46,696 nucleotides of DNA from Monosiga brevicollis MX1. Its lineage: Eukaryota. Shown here one piece after another: positions 23,501 through 34,935 of the stretch. The stretch spans positions 212,381 to 259,076 of the forward strand of contig NW_001865082.1 of NCBI RefSeq assembly GCF_000002865.3, given 5' to 3'. Every line of letters begins with the position of its first letter. Position 1 is the first letter of the stretch. Made by a program: the position numbers and the translations under genes. Below the pieces are notes generated by a model that was not told where the DNA came from, made no database searches, and worked only from the letters and a program-made list of their open reading frames with translations.

Positions 23501-25277
23501 AGGTCGGTGGACTGGCAAGTGACGTCGTCGGCTGGAGCCCAGCCAAAGGCACACACGACGTCTTCGGTGCTTGAGCTCATTTTTTCGCAGCTCCTTTGAT
23601 CTGAGTCGTCCTCAACCATGATTGTGAGGTCTTGCTGTTAGCCACGCAAGCCAAGCGGCCAGCACGTGAGAACTGCGGATTTGATGGGTTGGTCTGTTCA
23701 ACACCTGCGGCGAGCATTTGATTGCGCACCCACCAAAAGGCTCAAGGTATCAATGTAGGCCAAGGGCGGGCGAAAGTAGCTGACGCCCTTTACCCCCATG
23801 GCTTGGTAATGGGTCATATTGAGATCAAACAGGCGCGAGATGGCCGTGTGCACCATCTATTTTCAGAGCATGTGCCTTGGGGTGAGCTTTTGTACAGGTG
23901 TGGGCAGGTGCGGGGTTGTTGCAATGTGAAGCACCCGGCCAACAATGTACACAATGACCACATTTCTACATGCCTGTTGGGACAAGCTGCCCACCGACGC
24001 CAGGACCCAATCTGGGTGTATGGAAAGTGAAGTAGGAGTGGTTCACGTGGTGAGAAGAGTTGCATGTGATGATGATAAAGTAAGGCAGCTGAGCAAAAGG
24101 AAGCGGTCGAACCAGAAAGCTACAGGCGAGCCGGCGCGAGCGGGCGGGCAGGCACGCACCACCAAAAAGACCCGTGGAGCAGCGAAACGGAAAGGCCTCG
24201 CCATTGGGAAACCGGTGATTATACTCGTTGAGAAAGTTGATATCCGGGGTGAAGACGAGACCATCCTTAACCATTCCTGCGTGCCTCAACGCGGCCTTCT
24301 CGTGAATGGCGAGGATATGTGGCTCCAAGTAAAAATTGCGAACAAAGGTTCGAGATTAATCAGTTATCTGGCCGTACCATCAATCACACCGCTCTTGACA
24401 AAGCCCACGTCTGCAGTGCCGTTGAGGACTTCCCAGACGACCTGCTCGGCGTCGCCGGTGTAAATGACCTGACCACCAAGCATCCAGAAAATATCATGTA
24501 TGATGAGGTTCGAGGACGTGGCGGTACGCACCAAAGGTTCAAGGAAGCTGACAAACCTGGGAGAACAGTTCGTAGGTGTTGTAGCCTTGCTTCCATAGCT
24601 CATGGCGTTGCGCTTGAAAGCCAAGGAGGGAGTCTCGACCAATCGCAGCCACGGTCTTGCCTTGAAAATCGGCAACACTTTCAATGGTACTATTCATTGA
24701 CGTGAACATCACACCGCCCGAGTAGGCCACGTCCACATCTACAGCGCGCGATTATGGCGGCAACATGAAGCCCAAGGCGGGGGTGAGGGGGGGGGGGGGT
24801 GGAGGCAAAGAAAGAGAAGCGAAGGATGCGAGTCCTACCGTTGAGATGGCGGACAATGCCGGCCAAGGGTGTAGAGTCATACTCGGCGGCCATGCACACA
24901 AAGAGATCGCTGGGCGTATAGGTCGCGTCCAATTTTCCAATACGCACCAGCTCTCGAAGAGTGCCAGGTGGAGCCACAATGATGTCGGCATCGATGTCCA
25001 ACAGAGCCATAGTGGCCGTCATTTCATCGACGGCACGAGCGCGAGCATCTATGAATGAGCAAAAGCCAGCAAGGGTGAGTTCTTGTCAGGCTGCTTTGCT
25101 TTGAAGATGGTCGAGCACGACAGACCGCATGTGACACTTACAGTTGTCGAGAATGCCGAGGCGAAAGCGCTGGCTACTTGCCGGCGCGACAGTGGTTGTG
25201 GAGGCATTTTGGGCCGTCACGACAACGGCGAGCAAGGCTGCCAAGATGACGCCTCGGATCAGACGCGAACTGATCAT
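20581..25277 (-). CDS. Multi-exon receptor kinase-guanylyl cyclase: signal peptide, periplasmic-binding-protein (PhnD-like) ectodomain, Cys-rich stalk, TM, kinase, class III cyclase
   Basis: Signal MISSRLIRGVILAALLAVVVTA. Ectodomain GGVMFTSMNSTIESVADFQGKTVAAIGRDSLLGFQAQ...VLNGTADVGFVKSG. TM GVFILQILIPIALLVVLLVFYLL. Kinase LGSGSFGVV, VAVK, IHGDLKAL|N, VSDFG, WMAP|E, SDVYSFG. Cyclase VTIFFSDICGFT, YKIETIGDAYM, PRFCLFGSTVNCASRMES. Confidence 0.9.
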
Positions 25278-26123
25278 CGGTGTGGTCTTGAGAGGCTTGG
25301 ATCATCCGAAGTGAATTGCTCTTGAAGTAAGAAATGTGGACTGAGAAAAAGAGAAAGGAGTCTCTTCGTCACACGTCGGAGCTGAGCACGGAAAAAAATG
25401 CCATTCACTGGGCGCCGTTCGCGCATTTGAGCTGCTCACGGAAAGGGTGACGGAAAGAAGTTTGAGCTGTGCAGCTCAGTCAGTCTTTCGCACACGGCGA
25501 GGCACATAATCTGGTTGGAGAGGTTGCAGGGGGGGCGGCCGGGAGGGGGGGTGGGGCACGACCGTTCAAGTTTCGGTGAAGTGTGTCAAGTCATGAACAA
25601 GTGGAGTCGGAAGTATGCGTGAAAGCTCCATCGAACTGTGGGTGCTGGGTCGGCGGCGGTTAAAATTGGCGCAAAGTCGGGCAACACCCAACCACTGGAC
25701 CCTGTCAACGGGATGTCGCATCACGTGTAGTTGTGGGATACCGACATGCTTGCCCGCTGACATGACCACATCGGCGTTGCATCAGATTTGGGACTTGTGC
25801 CTTGCCCGCGGGCAAAACCGCGTTCCACCTCTTTGGCGTGCCCCCTATGAGGTTGGGGATGGAGCATCCTCGAACGCTTGCTGACGTTCAACGGAACAGC
25901 TGTTTTTGCTGAGATCTTGGCCACCCACTTCATCATCAACGGGCCTCCTTGGTTGGCTCAAAGGCACATCTGGTTGAGCCAACCACCTGGCGAGAATGAC
26001 CTTTCCCGCGAAAGTGATGGCACCAGGAAAAGCCGCCAACGTGCAAGCGCGCCCTATGAAATTACTTGGGGCTCGACGCTTGTTCATGTTAGCTGATCCA
26101 AACGTCAAAATACCACAGACGGT

Positions 26124-29025
26124 GTGGTGGTAGTGTCGCCTTGGAGCGTGGGCGGACATCAAACTGCCAATGTCCCCGTACCATCGTGCCGCGCCCCAAC
26201 CGTCTGCCGTTTGACCAGCATTTGGGGCAACGTACGCTATGGGGCCACAACGCGTGATAGTAGCAACGCGTTTTTTTGGGGGGGGGGACGCTGGTTTTAT
26301 GATGTGGTAGTTTTGGGGTTTGTGGGTGTTCTACCACTAAAACACGCATGATGTAAGCGCTGGTGATGCAGCTTTTCTTACATTTCGTTTGGTAACGAAA
26401 GGGATGTTTTTCAAGCACACACACACACAGAAACCTCAGTGTGCACTGCTGCTGAATGGCGTGTGGACGTGATTCACGAGCTGAACGAGCTACGCACCAC
26501 ATGTGCGGAAGAGCATACAATCTACCTTGATGCCCCGGCCGAGGCGTGTACTGCGGCCAACGCTGGCCAGCTGGCTCTCTCGGCCACAGGCCACGTCGTC
26601 GTTTGCGTTGGTGAGGCTTGGACTGCTGTTGGCAGCGATGAAAGCCCGTATCCTTCGTGCCGTGCTATCAAAGATGCTTTTTCCCACGCCCCCGACGGCG
26701 ACTATACCGTCGTCTGCAATGAGGTATCCCCACGAGTCTGCTGCGACATGACCACTGAAGGTGTGTTCCCCTGGGTCTTGTAAAGAGCAGCTCCTCGACC
26801 TGCTCGCTTGTTTTTCCAGCCTGGTATGCTTGGCTTGCCTTGTCGGCCTCACACAAGCTGCAGTGCACCTTTTGGCATAGGGGGTGGCTGGGAGTGGATG
26901 GCCACCAAGGTGACCACCGACTTTGACGCACTTGGTGCTGCTCAAGCGCGTCAAATCAGCCTTGATGCTGACGCTGCAGGAGAGATTCCGCGTGATCTCC
27001 CTTGGACGCAAGTCCTGTTTCGCTTCAAGTCCAGCCAGCTGGCCAGCACATGCACCGTGTAATATCGTCGGGCGCGGCAGCGGGCGCCTCGCGGACCATG
27101 TACCATACGGGCTCTGTGAGATAGCAATAGCCTGCAATACATTTGCTGCCCAGTGCTTCAGGGTCATCTGAAAAAAGCCAATCACTCTTGTCATAGGCAG
27201 ACTTGACATGCCACAGGTCAAGCCAGGGGTTGGAGCCGTTGTGCCACTCGGATATGCCCAGGTAGGTGGAATAGTTCAAGCGTTGCACAAGGGCGGTGCC
27301 GATCTCAGGGTAGCGTGTGCCGTTGACAACGCTAAAGAAGCCACCCGTCGCGCGAGACACTGAGCTCTGCTGCGCGCCTTGCAGGAGCGTGTCGAGTGCG
27401 GGCTGCCGTCCAGTCTGCCTGGCCGCGTCGCCATTGGTCTTCTTGCCAGCAGATTTCCAACTTTACACCAAAAGCCGTCGCCGCAGATGGCCTCTACGCC
27501 ATTGAGATTGAAAATCAGATTCGAACCGTATACTGCGACATGACCACCGCTGGTGGAGGCTGGTTTGTTCTTCGTTCCGTGTCCCTTCCCCCCCCCTTCT
27601 TTTTCTCTCCCGATATTGGCGCTCACCAGCGGCGTCTTTGTTGACCACCATCATGTTTAGGACGGTGTTTGCGACAAAGAAGACGCCATCCTTTCCTGTC
27701 TTCAGCAGCTTAATGAGTGGTCTTCAGCTTGCTTCCGCCATCAACGATGACAGTGCAGGTCATATTCCAGCCCAAGCCCAGGTGCTCGAAATTCTTTTCA
27801 AATTTGCTGACAGCCCCGATTACGTCATTTATACTCGCACGCAACGGGATAGCGATCTCGACAGCTTCTTTCGCGGCACTACCCTCACCGTGTCGGGTGG
27901 AGCCAACGGCAACTGGCATCGGGTGGTCTCGAATGTCCGCTCACCAACCACGGGCAAGGTGGCGGCTTCTGGTGTCATGCTGGCAGTGGTTCGCATACAT
28001 TTGTATCGCGCCAACGGCATCTCCGAGGAGCACTCGGGTACGGATCGGTGGATCGATCTGTGGTCGGGTCCCGACGGCTCCAACAAATACATCTCAGCCG
28101 ACTCAAATGCTGCGCTTGGGACCAAATGCATTGCTGGCATTTGCCTTGAGCACGAGCCCGTGTGGATGATGTATCGCACGCGCCTTGATGCCCGAAAAGT
28201 GTTGCAGGCCGACCAACGGCCCGCACGGCAGTTGGTTGGATATTTTATAGCAGACAGATACACGCGCCGATGGCATTTACTTGATTTCGCGCCAGGGCGT
28301 GGGCATGATGGCCTACTGCGACATGACAACTGAAGGCGGAGGGTGGTACGTCCTTTGCAAGGCGTCGACTGATTGATTAGCAGTGCTTGTTGACCCGCCC
28401 ACATATGACTGCATTCACCTCCATCTCTGCTTTGATGTGAATTTAAATGACTTTGTATTGCCCTGGTCGGTGGGTTTATTGGCTGCTTCGTTGCGCTTTC
28501 TTGGCGATTGGCAGGACTCTCTTTGCCACCAAGGCCACGCCTTCCTTCAAGCCTATTACGTCGGGACAATTTCCAGCCGAGCCCGTGGATACGAGGTCGG
28601 ACATGTCTGGCAGTATTCCTCGTGACACTGCGTTTCGGTAGGTTTTGTTCAAGTTTGCCACGGTTCCCGACGTGTACACGGTCTACTCGCGCCGCGAGTC
28701 GGATTCGACAGGCTTTAGTAACTCTCTGATGGGGATCTACACAACGGAAGCGTCGGCGACTGTGTCGGACTTGCATGCGGTCCGACATGGAACGCGCATT
28801 CCCCGCGGAGGCCCGGCGGCTGCCACCTCGGCAATCAGCTTGCACTTTGGTGAGCACGGCATTGCTGAGAACGTTTCCAAAACGTTAGGGTTGATGCTGG
28901 CTCTTTGGTCCACAGTCAATACCGGCATGATCTAGGCCTTTTTGGACAACAGTACGGCCTCGGGTTGCAAGTTCCTTGCCAGCATATGTCTTAGCACCGA
29001 GCCCATCCTCTACTTGTATCGATAG
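26124..29025 (+). pseudogene. Fibrinogen-related gene of three tandem modules, disrupted by a 360-bp internal inversion and in-frame stops; 5' boundary uncertain
   Basis: Three fibrinogen-like starts: YPSCRAIK..DGDYTV..CCDMTTEG|GGW (~26650), WSSCQQI..DGLYAI..YCDMTTAGGGW (~27435) and DGIYLI..YCDMTTEGGGW (~28270). Each is followed by a homologous domain ending in a KC(I/L)AxxCxxxEP-like motif. Part of module 1 lies on the minus strand. There is an in-frame TAG at 28933-28935. Confidence 0.75.
27062..27421 (-). other. 360-bp inverted segment of the fibrinogen-related coding sequence
   Basis: The minus strand encodes RQTGRQPALDTLLQG...GISEWHNGSNPWLDLW...LGSKCIAGYCYLTEPVWYMVR, homologous to plus-strand module 2. 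Flipping the segment restores frame at both ends. Confidence 0.9.
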
Positions 29026-31624
29026 CCAGCCGCAGCCGTTTCAATACTATACTACGTCCCGACTGACCGTCAATGACGTTTTACAGTCACCCTGGCATTT
29101 TTTGCCTTGAAACATGTTACCAAACTTCATTTTGCAGAGGAGCTGATCTCTTGATGGCCATGAAGTATTGACAACCATCGTCAATCAGGACCAAAGCCAA
29201 GCGCTCTCAGATTCATTGAATGTCTGGAATGCCACTGTGTGAGTGAAGCAATTATTCTTCAAGTGGATCTGGTCTCGTTTGTCCTGAAGGATGTGTCACC
29301 TGTTACGCTGGTGTGTTGTCTTGCGGCTCAGATGCAATGAGTGAAGCGATCCAAACCTTGTCATTTTGATGCTCTTCTTGCAAGGCCTCGTGTTTGTCTA
29401 TAATTGAACTAATTTGAGGCGCGGCTGACGAGTCTGATTTGCGTCGTGAAATGATTAACATGTAAACTTGAGAGGCTTTTAGTCCCGGAGCCAAACCTGG
29501 CTCTTGGGGACTCAAGCTTTTGCACAAATGAATTTAGTCTGTCCATGAGCGACAGGTCACAGCGCGCAAGAATTTCGGCACGCGACTTGCTCGCCTAAGC
29601 CACGCTTTGCGTAAAGCGTCATGAATGGCATTACAATCCTAGTCAGAGCAAGGATTGGCTTCGGGTGGGCCTTGGGCTGCTTCACAGCCAGGTCCGAGAG
29701 CTGTGTTTTAGCAAGACCACCCCGACGGTAATCCAGGCCATGTATGGTCATTTGGCCAAGCCATATGAAGACATGTTGCGAGAATGAGACCTGCCTTGAT
29801 GCCGACGATGGCATTGCCGACATCGTCACCGGGCTGGATGTCGACGTGGTGAGGTAACCGCGTCGTTCGCACTGATCGTGGGTAGGCTGCGTTTTTGGCT
29901 GCGCGAAAGGCGCAAGCTCAGGCCGAAGCGCGCCGCCGAGACGCCCGACACCTCGGCCCAAGGCCAACGCCACATGGATACGATTGGTCTCTCTGTGTGC
30001 CGAGCATTATTCGAAGCCATGGGTCTCACAAGCATTGCCCGGCTCTCCTCATGCGTCTGATGTCCGCTCTTAGATAACTTCACCCTCTTCATTGGAAAAC
30101 TACTCGGACTCAGTGATCAACGCCACCGCAAGGGCACGCCGGTTGCACTTAGCAAAGCGCGAAGCGTAAAATCAGGTCACCAACTTTTCTGATACTTGGA
30201 CCGCCCATCGCGAGGAAATCTATCATGCGGTTGTAATGAGTGCTGGTGTGGCCGTAGTTGTACTTGTTTGGCTGTTACAACGCCGCAAGCAGCAGGTGGC
30301 TGCAAACGTCAATGCCCGAGCTGCACGGGACCTCAAGTACTTGCGCTTCAATCGAGAAGTAGAGGTCTGATACGCCTGATACCAGGCGCCATAATGCCTG
30401 TGGCCGTGTGCCAAATAGTGTATGGGTCACCCGTTTGAGACCCTGTTGTGTGCTGTCTTTCCTCGTTGCGCGCGTCATCGATAGATTTTTTCTCTTATCG
30501 CGGATGTGAAGAGTTGTGTTCAATTTAACATTGGATGTCAAAAGAAATTCAGCGATCTCGTCAGCGATCTCGTCACATTGTGCAGACCCCGCCAGACAAG
30601 TATGAGAGGCACCATGACTGTTGGTGTCGAATATCCGCCATCAGACTACAACAAAAGCACCATCGCCCTCTCTATTCACCTATCCAAGAGCTGCTCTGGC
30701 TCCGCCGTGACTATCCAAGAGGCCACCCGCCTCGTCGCGCATGGAGGCACCGAATCTATTGTCGGCGCAAGAGGTGCACCCATGAGATCCAAGGATGGGC
30801 AGCCACAGGCCTAGCAGCCAATCAATCTGGTGCTTGATGAGTGCGTGCCGGGTTGTGGGCAGCGAGCAAAGAAAACCGCAGTGTCACGTTCTGTAGAAAC
30901 CGAGCAGAAAGCCATCCATGTGTGACTGTAAATTTAAATATTACTACATGTAGTGACTTTCGGGATTGACTGTCGTCTTCAAAAACTTCTTCTTCTGCAT
31001 TTGCAAAACTAGGGTGAGCGCATGCGAGCGCGGGCGTTGGTGCTCGAGATTCAAGCCGCTCCAGCGGGATTCTGCATATTTTCAATGCCACATCTGAAGG
31101 CAGACCATGCCGGATGATCATGCACTCGCCTGCAACCCGACGGGCGTTCACAACATCTGGTTGATTGACGCGTCGAGCTCGCGAGCTGGTTGTTTTGACA
31201 TGGGGTTGTTCATTATTGATTGCGCATGATGTGGTGCCTCCTTAGCCAGCGGCCTCTGGCCACATCGAAACGCGCGTGATCAAGCTTTGGCCGCCAACAC
31301 GCTGTCTGTGCGTGTGTGTCGTGTGTGTGCTTCAGTGTGCACGCCACAGACGATCTCGTCCCGCAACAGCGGCGGTCGATGTGGTGCGCCGGACAAGCAA
31401 GCAGGCAACTCTCTGCAACTAGTAGTTAAAGGTGAGCTGAGCCCATCCTGTCTCAGGACATCGTGAGGAGGCAAGGAGCTGACATGACTGGCTGCCATTC
31501 TGACGCCGGCATCACTGCCTGCCAGCACTGGATCTCAGCAAGTTGTATTTGGAGGGGGTTCATGCGATTAGAATTCTTCCAGCCTTTCCCAAAAAAAAAA
31601 AAAAAAAAGAAGCAAATCGTCATC

Positions 31625-34061
31625 ATGCGTTCGGACGGCGAACAGCTCGTTTGGGGTTGCAGCGAACAAGATCCACAAGTGGCGTTGCAGCTGTTGAACA
31701 GTTGGGATGCACCACGCATCCGATCCGCCGCCAACTTCGCAACTGAGCTGGTAAGTCCTTTTTATTGTCAACGTCACTTGGGACATGTGAACGTGCACTT
31801 GAGCATGAACATCACGGGGCTCCAATGTCATTGCACTTCAACGGTCGTTGCCTTTTGCGTGTGGCGTTCGCAAATCGACCCGCAGAATGCCGACACACCG
31901 CTGACCTGGGCCGCCTTTTGGGGACATGTGGAGATAGCGAAGATCTTGTTGAAGCATGACGCTGAGATTGAAGCCAAGGACGTCGTCAGTCCTCTCAATT
32001 TCCTTTCCAATGCTCCTCTTTGATGGCGATCTGCTCTTCATTCAACCGATACCTGTTCATATGCAACGCTGCGTGTGGTGATGAATCAACCCTTAGGTGG
32101 GCCACACACCACTGCACATTGCCTGCCATCGGAATAAGGAGCAGGCGATAGAAATCCTGCTAAAGCATGGCGCTGATGCCCAAGCCAGGGACAATGTCAG
32201 TGTTGTGTTCTTTCAGTTACCGCCTTTTCCCACCCGTGGTGGAACCTGTACCACAAGCTGATCGATTGACAATAGTTTTGTGAGCATGTATTCATGACAC
32301 GCTTGTGGTGGTAAATTAATCCGCAGGACGGCGCCACGCCACTGCACGCTGCCTGTAGAAACGGTCGGGTAGAGGCGGTGGAGATGCTGTTGGCGCACGG
32401 TGTCGATGCAAAAGTCAAAAACAACGTCAGTATGACCGTCTCCTGCAATCGACACGACCCCTTTCTCTGATTTGTGTGGGCGTGAGCTCCTTTCCACCCA
32501 CGGGCAATCGGACATGTGCGACCCCTTGTGGTACTGCTGGATGCGATGACGCAACTACGGGTGTTGGTGGTGATGATGGCTACCGACAGATTGCCATGAC
32601 GCCTCTACACTTTGCTTGCCGAAATGGTCATGTCAGCGTGATGAAAATCCTGTTGCGGCACGATGTTGATCTAGAGGCCAAAGACAATGTCAGTTCCGCC
32701 CCTCTCGGTGTAAACCCTCTTTGCTACTCTGTCTTATTTGCTGTCTGTTTCGCTGTCCCTGCCGCCGTCGTTGTCCCCATCTTTGCCTCTGTCTTTGTCT
32801 CTATCTCTGTCGCTGTCTCTCCTGCTTCATTATAACATTGTGAAGAAATCTGTGCTTGCGGGCTTGTGTCAGCGCTTTTTGCTTGTTGTGCCCTTCCTTT
32901 CTCGTGCTGTGCGTGTTCTTGTCTCATCAACTCGCTTTTGCATCTTTCTTGCGCTCGCTTGATTGTTATTAGTCAACCGGTAGGAGAACAGGACAGCTCT
33001 GCATCTGGCTTGTCGGGATGGCCACGAGAGAATGGTGAATAAGCTATTACAGCTTGGTGTGGATGCCGATGTGCTGGACAAAGTGAGTCACGAACAAATA
33101 AAGGCGTAACAAACTTGATAGCACCAACGCCAGGTTCACAACGTTGTATTTGGTTTGTAGTATTTCGCCTTGATAGTGTTGCTCTGATATTGGTGTATCG
33201 TTCTAGGCACAGAAGCGACCTCTGGATTTGTACGTGGAGGGCTATCTAGATGATTCATTCGATCTCAGTCGGAGCGTAAGAGTCACGACTCAAGTTACGC
33301 CATGATCACTCAGCCGTCTTTTTATGCTTCTTATCCCATGTAACTTTACTTGCTTGATCGTCAGCTGGTTATTAATCTGCCCTGCGCCAGTTGTCGGCCT
33401 GGCTTCTTCCACAGCAGTGATCCGGAGGGTAGGAACATCCCTTGACACCGTATCCTTTTGTGTTGTATGGTTCGTTTCTTGGATTGCTCACAGTGCAATG
33501 AATGGTTTAGTGCAAGCTCTTATCTCAGCTGAGCAGAAGCATCATTTCAAGGCTTTGATTGCAGTCTTATTTGGGGTTGGCTGGCGCGTGGAGCCAGACG
33601 CTTTTCAAGATTGTGCACTGCAAGAACTGAGCGTCGCAGCGTTGTTGGACGCCTAGATCTGAGTGGCAGGTTCTTGGATGCCTTGATGGATATGGCAATG
33701 ACTGCTGTTTGCACGTCAAACATGACAGACAAAGAATGGTATCAGGCTGCCATGACAATCGCAGCAGTGTTGCATGCAGATAAAAAAATAAAATTGAATA
33801 CTCTCAGGTATCACGCACATGACGATCGAGTATGAAAAATGCACACCAATGCCATCACCTCTGCTAGAGTCTCTTGACCAGTTTGCCCCCGTGTCCATTG
33901 CATTCGTCAGCTCCCTACCCCACCCCAACACAAGCATGCTACAGCCAGCGCTGCAGCTTACGCGTGCGCGGTTTTTGACGAAGCGTGCAGCTACGCTCGT
34001 CTCACACGTACCCGCTCGTCAAGTAGCCATGGTGCCGCGGAAGCAACACTGCAATGGCTAG
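31625..34061 (+). CDS. Ankyrin-repeat protein; exon 31625-31750, five 99-bp repeat exons (31886-31984, 32097-32195, 32327-32425, 32590-32688, 32984-33082), further exons from 33207; 3' end uncertain
   Basis: Repeats read TPLTWAAFWGHVEIAKILLKHDA, TPLHIACHRNKEQAIEILLKHGA, TPLHAACRNGRVEAVEMLLAHGV, TPLHFACRNGHVSVMKILLRHDV and TALHLACRDGHERMVNKLLQLGV. Each is bounded by AG/GT in phase 0. Confidence 0.85.
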
Positions 34062-34935
34062 ACAACACTCCTGTTCCTTGTCGATTAATCAAAACGCTGG
34101 ACTGTTCAATGTCAAAGCAGCACTTGCTATCGCGAGCAGATACAGCTCAATGCATACAATAACATAGTCCAAAGGCATCATCAGACGCTGGTCTGATGAT
34201 AAAGGGCAAACGACAGCCAAGACACAGGACAGGACAGTGACCATAAGAGCTCATGTACTATCTTCCAAGAATCGAAACGAGTGTTTGCCCGAGTTCTTGT
34301 TGTGGCGTTTACGGCCGAGAAGTCAAAGCAGGGCGCTGCAAACAATGATGGCGCTCATCATCAATTTAATTATGCGCACGTAATTACATGGCGGTATAAT
34401 TTGCCCCCCTGATGAGATCCATCAATCACGTGCTTCATGGCCAAGGAAAGGCGAGATGCTTGTGTAAATCAAAGAGCTTGGGGTTAGGGTAAATACAGAA
34501 GCCGTCCAACGCCAACTCAAAGTTGACAGGATGCGCGTAAGGCAGTTGAGCAAGACAGCAACTGCATTTCAATCTCGACGCCCACTAATCTCTGCCTTTT
34601 GTATCTCCATCTCGCTGTACCTCTGTTTATCCCTCTTTCTGCAACCCTGAGATTTCTTCGATCCCGCCAACTCTCTTCTCCGCTCTCCATTCCTTTCCAT
34701 GTCTCTCAAAAAAAAGCAAAATAGCCACCAATTGTTCTATTTTTAGATCCAATACTGAGGTTTGGAAGTACAGCCGATGCTGATGGAGCATTTTTCTTCT
34801 TTCGCTTTGCTTTTGATCATTGTCACCTTTTTTTTCTTTCTTTCTTCTTCGTCTTTCTTTGCACGTTCTCCCAACTCGATCGCCGCTCGATTGGCCGTGG
34901 GTCCGCTTGTTGTGCCGAACGCGTGACGCACAAGC

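Noticed and set aside
25560..26100. Short plus-strand ORFs (HQIWDLCLARG, faintly TBC-like)
   Set aside because: Too short and unsupported by any other motif.
27038..27450. 6-bp inverted repeat gctggc/gccagc as recombination sites for the inversion
   Set aside because: Inverting between these sites does not restore the frame or the homology; the fitting breakpoints are 27062 and 27421.
29100..31500. Possible gene remnants with splice-like signals around 29600-30000
   Set aside because: Only short ORFs with no recognisable motif; I cannot support a gene model.
34481..34490. gggttagggt as a telomeric seed
   Set aside because: Only one TTAGGG unit, which is expected by chance.
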